NCBI RefSeq assembly: GCF_006345805.1 | Contig: NC_043002.1 | Coordinates: forward strand, 48,298,001 to 48,362,000 | DNA length: 64,000 nucleotides | Source: Octopus sinensis | Taxonomy: Eukaryota | Direction: 5' to 3' | Part shown: in pieces, positions 38,400-51,735 of the stretch | Position numbering within the stretch: position 1 is the stretch's first letter | Layout: every line of letters begins with the position of its first letter | The notes under the pieces: model-generated | Database searches by the model: none | What the model saw: only the letters and a program-made list of their open reading frames with translations | What the model was told of the DNA's origin: nothing | Translations under genes and position numbers: made by a program

Positions 38400-39625
38400 G
38401 CTGACCTCTGTAACAGTGCATGACTTTTGTTTCATGTCTCACATCAGAATAAGAGGTCTGTTGTGTTTGCACCGAATTGCTATTTTTATTGAAATGTTCC
38501 TTCGGTATTCCTTGTTTTTATAGGTTTGAATACATTCTGGTTCTGAGATGCCTTTCAAGTATACGTTAGGACAATCCTTCCTGCGGATAGCATTATAAAT
38601 AGTCTTTGCGAATATATCATGTTTCAAAGGCAGGTATTGGCTTGTATGCGTTTTTGGGTAGATACTGATGATATAGGTGATATCGTCCACATAGGTATAG
38701 CAGAGCCGACCTTTTCTATCACAACGTGAAAGTTTGGTGGTATCTTTGTCTCTCTTGTTTATCAGATATTTAGCTACTTTCTCTTGTTCCTGGATAGCGA
38801 AGGCATATCCTTCTATGTGGGATGTAATATAGCTATCACAGATCCAGGAGAGGTTATTCTTCCTGTCAATGCTGTTGTTATCCTCTAGCTTACGGATATG
38901 TCGCCTTGCATGGCTTTTTGCTGGTATGCTTCTTGTCCAAGCTTCTGTTTAGGTAGGCCAGTCATGTCTCTTTGGGTTGCATGAGAGAGAGAGAGAGAGT
39001 ACCTGCTGCCCAATAGTTCTTCTCCACCTCTGAAGATGTTGCACACGCACGGAATGTATTTATCTTTTTCTTTAATGTACAGCAGGTGTTGTTTGAGTGA
39101 TACAACGCGACATTCAAAGGCTGTTTTGACTGACCTCGTGCCTCTACCACCATCACTTCGTCTCACATACATTCTGTGTGGCTGTTGATGTGGAAGTTGC
39201 CAATGGTGGTCAGTACCTTTCTAGATTTGATGTCCAGTCTATGGATCTCATCAAGTATCCAGTCCAATATCCCAAATATCGATACTAACAACGGCACTGC
39301 AAAAGCATTGTGAGATGTAATCTTATTTAATGCAGACATCTCTGAGTTCTATTTTTTCCGGCATCTACGGAAGTACTCTTTTGCTATTCAGGCTTTAGCC
39401 AATGCACCTACGTATGCAACATTCTCATCGATTCCGAGATATTTATAGTTTTCATGGTTGGAGAAGGGAAGGCACACAAGTCATTGACGTACATGTTCTC
39501 TATCTTGTCTATGACATTTCCTCGGTTGACTATCATGTATTAGCAATTATTTTGTCCAAATTCCATTTCCATGTCTCGTGAGAATGTTGTGACTAGTTCT
39601 AGTTGTCTCTTGATGTTATCAGAAT
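38400..39625 (-). pseudogene. R4/Dong-like (RLE-type) non-LTR retrotransposon ORF, degenerate
   Basis: Minus strand LELVTTFSRDMEMEFG (post-YMDD), NKITSHNAFAVP, IEGYAFAIQEQ, RLC...DDITYII...LKHD (degenerate CCHC) and CKHNRP (start of the RLE domain). Confidence 0.75.
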
Positions 39626-40069
39626 ATTATTTTAGGCATCAACAAAAAATGCCTTGGTGACATTAATTTTATTCTTTTCTACATATCCCAACATGTGGCC
39701 TTGGCATTTTTTTGAGAGGGACGACCAGGGTTTAATTTGCCAGTATGTATATACACACAGATATATGTATGTATGCATGCCTGCATGTATGTATGTATGT
39801 ATGTATGTATGTATGTATGTATGCATGCGTGCATGAATGCATGTATGTATGCATGCATGAATGCATGCATGTATGTATATATGGATGGATGCATGTATGT
39901 ATGTATGCATGTATGTATGTATGTTAATGCATATATATATATCATATATACACACACAAATACACACAACACATACATCGCATACCTAAACACATGTACA
40001 CTGGCGCACATTAAAACTCATATACATGCGTGCTTGTATGTGTATGTGTGTATGTGTGTTTGTGTATGT

Positions 40070-40109
<40 letters not shown>

Positions 40110-41464
40110 TGTGTGTGTGCGTGTGTGTGTGTGCGTGCATGTTTCTCATTCTTGATCCTTTATATTTAACAAGAGCAGTTGTTTCTTATCGAAGAAACAT
40201 AATATCAACATTGCAAATCAGACGTCAACAACCGTTTAGAGTTACATGGTGAACTTTAGAAAAATTTTACACATTTACACTGTTGTACTGATGCATATAG
40301 AAATTGAATTTAAATAACACGGGTTAGATTTATTTGTTTGAAAATATTTTTAAAGGTTATTACTTAGGGTCACTCTTAGTAACATGACTGAGAGGTATCC
40401 AGCGAAGTTATAGGTTTCATAACAGTTTCCTCTAAATGTTTTCCTACAAATTTTCAATGAACTGTTCACATCCTTTTTCAGCTGATTTCTGCAAGCGTTT
40501 GTTTTTCAGCCTCAAACAACTCTTTCAGTCTTGAGTTTGTATTTGGAGGAAGTTTTTCAGCGAAACGTTCCATCATTATTGTATCTGCTGAAAAGGGTGA
40601 ATGTACATTCACTATTGTTCGTGTTTATCACAGAACTGTTTTGCCTATTGACAGGCATTGTCTATTATTTTAGCAGCAACATTACTTCGATAATGGAAGT
40701 AATGTTGTTCTAATAGCGGCTGCTAATCACGTATCTAATGCTTCACACAGAAATGCAACATACTCGGTGCTTTCGTTCTCTTCTTGTTTTGAGGCTTTCA
40801 CTGACTCTTTTGTTAAACACGTTTTTTAATGGATGTCTTTTACTGATTGATTGAAACAGCAAAACCTTCAGAAATGGGACGTAATGCAACAGTCAAAAAT
40901 CTTTGTCAGTTATAGCATAACTTTTTATTGATGTACTGATTCAGTCTCTTCCACGTATTTATTAAAATACATACATCCAAAAGATATGAGGTCTCATAAA
41001 ACGTTTTTCAGTATAGGGTGATTCGCCAGATTTTCACATGGTTTATGTATTTTCAGACTGATACTAAATCACGCACGCCTGGAAGAATTTTAAGATTTTC
41101 CCCCTTTCTTTTGTTCTACAATATATCGGTTCGATATCACCTTTTCCAGACAAGATTCTACGTTGTGATATAGGTTTTCACACTAATAGAGTATAATTTC
41201 CTACAGATCTGATAAATATCCTGAAATTTTAATCATTACTAATGCTGCAAAACACATAGTAGGATATTGTTTTATTGTAAGTGGAAACATCCCTGTGGCA
41301 TAGTTTGGTATGTAAGCTCTTATACACATTATTCACTCTATCTTCTTTCAGAACACATGTGTGTGTTTTGATACTATTTTTTTCATTTTCACCCCACTGG
41401 AGAAAGAGTTGGTTTCTAATTCAGAAACAAAAACCTTTCATTGGAATCAACAGGGTAGTCATAT

Positions 41465-41520
<56 letters not shown>

Positions 41521-41524
<4 letters not shown>

Positions 41525-42190
41525 CAAGATAAGGGCAGAAGAAACATTCTAATGCCAAATATGCCGAAACAAAAAAAATTTTGTCGATAACCATTATACT
41601 TTATGCGTCTCGAAACAAACCGATAGAAATCTCTAAAAAATTCGTTATTACCGTATTGGTCCAATTTCGGGGTTAATTCATAAGAAAGTTTCCCCTCTTC
41701 AGCGGCAAATACGCGAGATTTAAATGAAATACTTACTCATACCCATGGAAAAAGCAAGCACTAAGTCCTGAGCAGACTTAAGTACCCCAAATATATCCAA
41801 AATAGAAAAATCTTCGGCGCACCTCGTGACACGTGTGATTCGAACTAGAAAATTTCACAGAGTGATAGAATCCGGAAGTGAACACTAATCTATCTATAAT
41901 TAATATAGGATAAAATTTTTTCGGGAAAAAATTTTATCAATGGCCAGCATATCAAAAAATGCCTTTAAAGGTAAAATTTATACATAATTTACAAGATAAG
42001 GGCAGAAGAAAAATTCTAATGTCAAATATGCCGAAACAAAAAATTTAATAACGAATTTTTTAGAGATTTCTATCAGTTTGTTTCGAGACGCATAAATTAT
42101 AATGGTTATCGACGAAAAAAAAAAGAAAAAATATTTCTTGTTTCGGCATATTTGGCATTTTTTGATATGATAAAAATTTTTTTACCCAAA
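41521..42190. mobile_element. Rearranged Helitron-like element with direct and inverted internal duplications
   Basis: A 5'-like end ATCCTATATTAATTATAGAT on the minus strand near 41910; block A at 41521 and 41988; block B 41583-41650 inverted at 42046-42113. Confidence 0.5.
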
Positions 42191-44248
42191 CGCGTGCTGA
42201 AGAGGGTGAGTCTAAAAACCGGTCCACGTGAGTCCAAATACTTGAATGTATGTTGAGAGATTGTTCTAGCCCGTTTGCCTGCAGACGGTTGATTTCTGCA
42301 GTATTTATCAGTGTTTATTTTTTGGGGGGCGATTGAAGAAAGAGTTTTGACTTTTAATCGTTCAGCTATATGTATACATATGTATGCATGTGTCCACATG
42401 TATACATATACCCACATGTATGCATATATGTATATACGCATTTAAAAATGTATATACACGTTTGAGCACATGCACAGGTACATATTTATATTTGTATGAA
42501 ATGCATGCATATATATATATATATGCACTTGTTATATGATATACTTCTTAAATAATTCACACACATAATTTGAATAGATTATGACTGTAATCTATAATTA
42601 GCTATGTCACTTCCGGTTTTATGAAACCGAGTTTCCCAAGATTGGTGCTAAAGTAATTAGCTGCCAATCCAAGTTCCCTAGTAAATATAGATATAAATCT
42701 AAAGTTGTAAACCAGGTTGAACAGATTTCTCATTTGCTTAGTATTGATGGGTGTGTGCATGTGTGTAAGTCTGGTTGTGTCTGTTTGTCTCTCTGTGTGC
42801 CAGTGAGTGTTCATATGAGTTCACAGATTGATGATAGACACTGATTATTCAAGTGGTTCAATAAAGTTGAACAATAAGTACAATCCAGTGTGCAGTTTTA
42901 TTCAGTAATTCCTACAGAAATATCTCTGCTTCATAAGTAACATCCGACTCATCAATGGATAAACATAGTTATATTTAATAAAGAAGGCAAAAACTTCACT
43001 TGGATGCTAGCATGGCTTACTGGCTTTCTTTCAAATACGTCCTTTAATTTTTTTCTAAAATACGAGAATTTAGGTCAACAAGAACTAATTGACCTTCAAA
43101 GAACGATATTAGTTCAATAGTTCAATAATCAGAGCAAGCAAATACAAGGGGTTCTGTGCAATAAAATTATACTATTAAAATATTGGATATTTTAATGATA
43201 TTTGAAATGCCAGTAAACAAGGGTGCTATCTAACGTCCAACAGAATTTCATCATTTTTATTTAATTAATCTTATAATTGATTATTTTTTTGGCCGCTTGG
43301 ATTAGACATAGACGCAGTGGTATATCGGGCATAATTATATATATATCTGTCAACCGTTCAGTCTTGCCTATACATACATAGATACATACATACACACACA
43401 TCACACATGTACATATGTATGCACATATATAGATACATACAAACATAGATACATACGTACATATACGTGTATGGGTATGTATGCTTGTATATATTTATAT
43501 ATATGATGTATGTATGTATATATGTGTGCGTGTGTGCGTGTGTGTATATAAATAATATGGATGGCTTATTCGCAATTTTACAACCTAACGGTAGAAGTAT
43601 ATACGTCATTAGAGTGACAAAGGACACTAATCAACACCAGTATTGCTAGAAAAAATAATCAAAACAACTCAGAAGCCACAGAAGCACTATCTAAATGTCT
43701 GACAATGGGATATTTTAACATTTGCATCACTTTGTATTTCTGTGGTGATCTTTGTCAAAAATGCTAAAGGTAGAATATGGGTTCAAAGCATTGAGAGACT
43801 TTAAATGATCCAGCAGTGCTTCCGAATTCACTCACTTGAAGACCTTCATTTACACAACTACTGTTTGATTATATTAATGCAATAATCTGTTACATATGTG
43901 TACCACACATCAGTTGAAACTTAGTTGACACTAATGCACAAAACCATCTTTAGTGATTGAGATTAAACCCTGTTTATCTCATCTTGTATTAAAATTCTAT
44001 TGTATGAATTCTACGGATATTAACGGATCTCCACATGTATATCCGGCAAATGGAGAATTTTTGTGTAAGAAGTGTAAGGTAGCCGATACTCATAGAGGAG
44101 CTTTACAAAGCACGCTATACGGTTATTACCCAGATTATATATCTATTTTAATAATAGCATGTAAGTAAGCTTTAAGCGTGTATACATACCATTATTATTA
44201 TTTACAGGATCGTAAAACTCGGCACTGAATAACAAAACCATTCGCACT

Positions 44249-44435
44249 ATGTATGTATGTATGTATGTATGTATGTATGTATGTATGTATGTATGTATGT
44301 ATGTATGCAAGTATGTATGTATGTATGTATGTATGTATGTATGTATGTATGTATGTATGTATGTATGTATGTATGTGTGTATGTACGTATGTACATGCAT
44401 ACCTACCTACATACATACATACATACATATATACA

Positions 44436-44469
<34 letters not shown>

Positions 44470-44497
44470 CATACATATATACACATACACACATATA
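44249..44497. repeat. Head-to-head (TATG)n / (CATA)n tracts
   Basis: (GTAT)n to ~44392, then (ACAT)n to ~44495. Confidence 0.9.
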
Positions 44498-45125
44498 CGT
44501 AGTCTGGTCAGTAAGTTCCCGGACTGTTGCCAGAGTAACGAAGCTAAAGCACGCAGAGTGAAGTCGCTTGGCACAGATTGACTCTGCTCAGAGGCATACA
44601 CAAAGTTTTCAAAAAGTTTTCATCTTTTTCGACACAATCAAGGAGATCTTGTGCAACTGAAACCCGAGTGACTTTTTGGTCAGCTGAAAGCAGTTTTGGT
44701 GTAAACTTGGCAGAAACGCATCTCATACCCAAATCTTCAGTGATAATGGACTGAACTGAAACGTAACTAATTTGCACATGCTCTGATAACTCACGGATAG
44801 TGATTCGACGATTTCCCCTCACAGCTGCACGCACATCAGCGATGTTTTCCTCAGTTCTGCCGGTTGCCGGTCTCCCAGGACATTCGTCGATATCAACATT
44901 TTTTTCGGCCATCTTCGAAACATCTGAACTACTCGTACACTTGTTTGCGGCTCATAACACTCCGATTCATATACTTTTTACAGCTTTGTGTAGACCTCTG
45001 AGAAGATATTGCCATGACAACCTTCTCTACGATGGTCAATGCGATGATCACACAATCGTTACACACCTTCCTTCCAAGCACTACTGTAAATAGCAAAAAT
45101 GAGCTAGAACGTTAAAACTTAGTGG
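44498..45125 (-). mobile_element. Internally deleted mariner element (HTH region of transposase)
   Basis: TA|cgtagtctggtcagtaagttcccggact TIR-like end; ORF 44544-44912 DECPGRPATGRTEENIADVRAAVRGNRRITIREL...VSAKFTPKLL (mariner WVPxxL-like motif); DD34D domain absent. Confidence 0.85.
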
Positions 45126-45136
45126 ATATGCACAGC

Positions 45137-45196
<60 letters not shown>

Positions 45197-45200
<4 letters not shown>

Positions 45201-45344
45201 ATCCAAACAAGAAAGCACAAAAAACACAACAACGCTAGGACGTGGAACAAATATAGTATTATTGGACGCTCAGGAAAGAAGGAAAGAAGGAGGATTTAAC
45301 GTTTCGAGCGGAGTTCTTCGTCGGAACATACGAGAAGGAAAGAT

Positions 45345-45346
<2 letters not shown>
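45197..45346 (-). mobile_element. 150-bp hammerhead-bearing Penelope/retrozyme-like element within (TA)n
   Basis: Minus strand CCGACGA-A-GAAC/tcc/GCTC-GAAA-CGTT (45324-45298); (TA)n on both sides. Confidence 0.5.
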
Positions 45347-45390
<44 letters not shown>

Positions 45391-45405
45391 ATATATGTAT
45401 ATATG

Positions 45406-45436
<31 letters not shown>

Positions 45437-45486
45437 ATATATGTATATATATATATATAATATATATATATATAATATATATATAT

Positions 45487-45546
<60 letters not shown>

Positions 45547-45784
45547 GCGTTGGCGTGGGTGTTAAGAAACTTGCTTCCCAACCACATGTTTCCTGGTTCA
45601 GTCCCACGCCGTGGGACTTTAGGCGAGTATCTTCTACTATAGTTTTTGGGTGAACAAAGCCTTGAAAGTGGATTTGGTTGATGAAAACTGAAAGAAGCCC
45701 GTCACATATATATACACATACATATATATGTGTGTCTCTGTGTGTATATATATATATATAGTATATATATATATATATTATATA

Positions 45785-45853
<69 letters not shown>

Positions 45854-46030
45854 ATGCGTATCTGCTTTTGTGCTTGTCACCCACCATCGATTGACATGTA
45901 TTCACGTCCCTGTAATAAGTACTAAGCTTAAAAATTAACTCCTGGAGTCGATTCATTTGACTAAAATTGTTCAAAGTCATGCTCCAGCATGGCCGCTGTT
46001 TAATGACTGAATCAAGTAAAAGATAAAAGA
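45547..46030 (+). mobile_element. SINE family A, diverged
   Basis: Head ...cccaaccacatgtttcctggttcagtccc..., microsatellite middle, tail ...cagcatggccgc...aaaagataaaaga. Confidence 0.75.
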
Positions 46031-46550
46031 TACATATCTTATATACATATATGTGATGGTGTGTGTGAGCTTGTCTTTCCTGGCACGTTATTCTGTAGCA
46101 GCACTTTTAAATGTTTCCAAGGTGTCACAATGAGACAATTAAATCTACTTCAATAATAAATGTAATAATTAATTTTCAATTGGTATTGATGTAAAAGCTC
46201 TCTACGAAATATTGCGTTTGGTTTGTCGACTACAGACACGTGGTATTGAAATGTAAATAAGTCTCTAGCAGCAGGGGAATACATTTTGAAATTACATAAG
46301 CAGTTTTATGGAAATGACTTCACCAAATGCACACATTACATTACAGTATCACAAGAACACACATGAATAATTTGAACAGGCGTGGCTGTGTCGCAAGAAG
46401 TTTATTTTCCAACCATATGGCTTCGGGTTCAGTCACACTGTGTCTTCTACTATAGCCGGCCAACGCCTTGTGGGTAGGTCCATCCATAGCACTTACATAG
46501 CTTTACATGTCACCTTGGGTCTTCTGGATCCCAATACCTCTCATATATAT

Positions 46551-46934
46551 ACTCTTTTACTCTTTTACTTGTTTCAGTCATTTGACTGCGGCCATGCTGG
46601 AGCACCGCCTTTAATCGAGCAACTCGACCCCGGGACTTATTCTTTTGTAAGCCCAGTACTTATTCTATCGGTCCCTTTTGCCGAACCGCTAAGTAACGGG
46701 GACATAAACACTAGGGGACAAACACAGACACACAAACACACACACGCATATATATATATATATATATATACGACGGGCTTCTTTCAGTTTCCGTCTACCA
46801 AATCCACTCACAAGGCTTTGGTCGGCCCGAGGCTATAGTAGAAGACACATGCCCAAGGTGCCACGCAGTGGGACTGAACCCGGAACCATATGGTTGGTAG
46901 ACAAGCTACTTACCACACAGCCACTCCTGCGCCT
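46551..46934 (-). mobile_element. SINE family A, little-diverged full-length copy
   Basis: aggcgcaggagtggctgtgtggtaag...ggttcagtcccactgcgtggcaccttgggc...(AAGAGT) tail. Confidence 0.9.
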
Positions 46935-46975
46935 ATATATATATATATGTTTGTTTTTGTTTTTTGTTTTTTGTT

Positions 46976-47186
46976 TTTCCAGTTTCAGCTCTTGAGCTGT
47001 GGCCATGCTGGGGCACCGCCATTGTGGTGAAAGAGTACAGCAGGGATCACCACCCCCTGCCAGAGCCTCGTAGAACTTTTTTTAGGTGTTTTCGCTCAAT
47101 AAACACACACAACGCCCAGTCTGAGAATCGAAACCTCGATCCTGCGACCGCGAGTCCGCTGCCCTAACCACTAGGCCATTGCGCCT
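46976..47186 (-). mobile_element. SINE family C head/body with family-A-like tail
   Basis: tRNA-like head at 47110-47186, then ggcggtgccccagcatggccacagctc. Confidence 0.75.
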
Positions 47187-47316
47187 CTATATATATATAT
47201 ATATAATATTAATTTCCCTGTAAATTTGGATTTATTCCCTAATATTTATTATATATATATATATATAGATATATATATATATATACAATAAAATAAAATA
47301 AAATATAACCAACAAT

Positions 47317-47368
47317 TATTTACCGGTAAATTTCGGTATGTAAATATGACGGATACATCGTCAGGAAC
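47317..47368 (-). ncRNA. Type I hammerhead ribozyme-like motif, canonical core
   Basis: Minus strand CTGACGA (47364-47358), GTAT...ATAC stem II, C-GAAA (47334-47331), 14-nt perfect palindrome ATTTACCGGTAAAT (47318-47331) as stem III, AUA^ triplet; the 3' strand of stem I is absent. Confidence 0.55.
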
Positions 47369-47460
47369 TTCTGTAAAGTTCAGTATATAGTAAAAATAAT
47401 TAAAAGGGCGGGCAACAGGCTGCTTCGCCGCATACCGAAGGAATTAGAAATGGCAGTTAA

Positions 47461-47886
<426 letters not shown>

Positions 47887-48462
47887 GGATGTAGTCTAAA
47901 CTGTCGTATCCAAATTGGTGAAATGCGTTTTTTTTTCAATACTTATTTTGCCGGATATTTCGGTTAAATTATCGTAACTCCAGCTGCTTCAGATGCCAAC
48001 ATATCGAAGATTGTCAAAGTGTAGAACAATGGTTTTGCTATGGAATGGTTTCGCTATGGAATCTGTTAAATGTTTTAGACATGGACATAAAGAAAATGGG
48101 TTAACTGAACTCGAACTCTAAATCTACTGATTGGGAACCGGCATTCCCTCTCTGTGACTAATTCATTGTTCTCATTTTTAAAGTACATTTCGATAAATAT
48201 CGTAAATAAGTGATATGTTTTACCACTGAATTGAAGAGATGGATAAATTAGCACTTCATTACTCCGTGTATTGATATCGGCTTTCTATTGAATTGTTTTG
48301 TTATTAAATCTTTACAACCGTACCGGACGAGAATATTAAAACAATATATATGAATGATACATACATACATACATACATACATACATACATACATTCGTAC
48401 GTACGTACCTACATACATGATACATACATACATATATACACACACACATGTGTGTGTGTGTT

Positions 48463-48513
<51 letters not shown>

Positions 48514-48684
48514 AAGTATGTATATGTGCATTGAATTTATGTGTGTATATGCTTATATGTATGTTTTTTCAAGTTTGGTTTTATCAAGTTCCTCACAAAA
48601 TGAGAGAGATCCAAATTCTAACCTAGAAACAAAGCTCTTTCCTTGGAATTTAGACATGGGAAAGACAGTCTTGTTTGTATGCTC

Positions 48685-48715
<31 letters not shown>

Positions 48716-48741
48716 TGTATGTATGTATGTATGTATGTATG

Positions 48742-48775
<34 letters not shown>

Positions 48776-48999
48776 TGTATGTATGTATGTATGTATGTAT
48801 GTATGTATGTATGTATCTATCTAGCTAGCTAGCTAGCTATCTATATCTCTCTACCTATCTATCTAAATCTATGTATGTATGTACACATGTATGTATGCAT
48901 GCATGCAAGAAAGCAAATAACAATGTATGCATGTAGATATGTTTGTGTACATCACACATGAATGCAGGCGCGGATGTCATTGATTATGCGAATCTTATT

Positions 49000-50300
49000 A
49001 AGTATTAAACCTTTTGAATGTCTTACATACTTTGACAGGTGTCTTTAATGGTTTGTAGCGGTAATCCCTTGCTTATGTGGTTTCTTTCTGGTTTTCTGAA
49101 ACACAGCTTCTCAAGATTGCTACAGAGGTTATAACACATGAGAAGTGTTCTAATAAATCTAAAGCTATAAATAGGAAGGAATAACAGCAGATTTCATATA
49201 AGTTCTGCATAGAGGTTGTCTTTTTACTAAACTTTAACATTATGTTAACATCTACTGGACATCTAAGTTCAGCTGCTTTTCACAGTTTCTTTTCTGTGCT
49301 CCAGATCTCGTTAGCTTTACTTGCCTTTTATTGATGTCTTCCCAGGAGAATTCCACCACTACTCTCTTCCATATAATGTGTATTTATGTCCTCACATCAC
49401 TATAGCTTCCTCTGCGTGTATCCACAGTTATTTCATTGTTCCTTTTCTCCGCTACAGATCTTGTCTATTGTGCTTGATTTTAATTGAAGTATGCTCATAA
49501 CATTCTATCAGAACTATTTCAAATTATGTGCATTTATTCCCTCCACACTACAGCTTTTTATATGTATTTCCTCGGTATTATCCTTTCTGCAAAGTTTGTT
49601 TTATAATGTTCTAGCCATGACGTCATGCCTTGAAGGTAGGTAATATCGTGTTGATATTCTTAGAAAAATACTCACGATGGGTAATGTCTTCACTATTAAT
49701 TCTACAGATTCTGCGTCGATTGTCAGAGCTAGATGGTTTACTTGCACCCTTATCTTCTTTTGTACATTAAGTATTTTTGTGGATATTTCCTCATCCTATA
49801 TTGTATTGAAGTGCATATGCTCCCTTAATTTGAATTAAGTTTGAAAAATCTTGCCTCTCACAACATAGAAATATTTCTCATGGATGCAGCAGACAAAATG
49901 GAAATGGCGTTTCACCGGAGGATGGCGAGGGAGGCATCGTATTCTTTCAAAGTGAGAGCTAATGTTTTGGTTGCTAGCCAAAGACACACTACTTTGTTTA
50001 TCAATGGTACTGTTATTTTGATGCTTTATGGGAATATAGCCATGTGTGGACGTTTGCTGGTATGTATTCAGCTTCTGTTTTGAAAATGTATCCATTGCAC
50101 TATATTTTAACTTCTCTCCGTTCTTACTCTGGTTATCACCTAGGGAATATTTTATGTGAAGATCTTTTATGACTCTCATATTATCTGCCTCATTTATGGA
50201 GACTTTATCTATGATTGGAGTTCGATATTTGGTGTTTAGTAGTGGGAATTATCGTGTTTTAAGACTGTTGGCCCATATCTGATTAGCGTTTAATAAAGTA
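49000..50300 (-). pseudogene. Second R4/Dong-like retrotransposon relic
   Basis: Minus strand RICRINSEDITH... then YYLP.RHDVMARTL after a frameshift (CCHC region); more degenerate than 38400-39625; boundaries approximate. Confidence 0.6.
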
Positions 50301-51591
50301 GTCCAAAAGTTAGTATGGGTAATGATATAACAAACACATTGTAGATTATTCATTTATTTTACGTGTCAAGTTGTGAGGAACATATTTTCTTTATCTTGAT
50401 GATATATTTTCTTATGCGTTCGCGATTACATGTTCTATCATAAGTTTTTTCGGCTGTTATGTATGTATTTCTGTTTGTATTCACGAATCTATTCTTACAC
50501 ATATACACACACAAACACACGCACTCTCACACACAGATATACATGCATAGGTGTGTGTATATACAAACACATTTACACGCACACATACACACAAGTAAAA
50601 TTTCATTGTAACGATCCCGATTTAAAAGATTTGGGATTTAATGGACTGGTCATGTAAAAAAATGCAATACATTTATAAATCATAATTTTAAACATTAAAA
50701 GATTACTACATAGTTGGAAAAAGCGTAAAATAAATATTTTTGTAGAGAAAGTTTGAAAGAAAGAAAGAAAGACAAAAAGAAAAAAAGAAAGAAAGAAAGA
50801 AAGAAAACTGAATAGGGAAAATGTGGTAAACTGAAAAATATACACGAAAATATTGGGGTGGTATTGGACAGACCTAGGATCAGACATTTTATGTATGTTG
50901 GTTCAGTATTCTAAGGGTATTTAGCAATAATGTATTCAACGTAACATTCACTTTTTTAAGATTTTAAGTCGTAGTTTGAAGGCAGTTTATTTGCTATTTC
51001 AAGCAGATCAAGTGATCTTGTAGAGGTGTCCCTGTTGGTTCGATACCGAGATTTCAAATAAAAAGGGAGCGACGGTTAACTGCTGCATTTAACGAAATGT
51101 AAGGGATGGAGGATGTAGTAAATGCATGAGAAGCTTAAAAGTAAATGATAGAAAGTACATGAAAGAATGTACTCACATAAAATGTGTCGGGATATATGTA
51201 TTTGTAAGTACCAGTGACTGTGTGTGTATATGTATGTATGTATGTATGTATGTGTATGTATGTATGTATGTATGTATGTATGTATGTATGTATGTATGTA
51301 TGTATGTATCTATTTATGTACGTACGAATGTATGTATGTATGTATGCATGTATGTATGTATGAGTACATATGTGTGTGCAGTTGATTCATGTGGGTTCCA
51401 TAACGCAATTTTGTGAGGCAGCATAGAGTAAACTCACTTTCGGTCCTAATTTGCCTCAGAGTATATAGAGTGGTTACGTATACAAAGTGTTTTGTTTTAT
51501 TTCCAAATTATAACTAGTTTCTAAAATTTTGTAGCTCTTCCATAGAATAGTAGAGAAACTTAAAGTAAGCATATAAAATTATATGTAGTTC

Positions 51592-51735
51592 TTAGCGGTT
51601 CGGCAAATGAGACCGATAGAATAAGTACTGGGCTTACAAAGAATAAGTCCCGGGGTCGATTTGCTCGACTAAAGGCGGTGCTCCAGCATGGCCGCAATCA
51701 AATGACTGAAACAAGTAAAAGAGTAAAAGAGAGAG
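51592..51735 (+). mobile_element. SINE family A 3' tail
   Basis: cttagcggttcggcaaa...gaaacaagtaaaagagtaaaagag. Confidence 0.8.
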
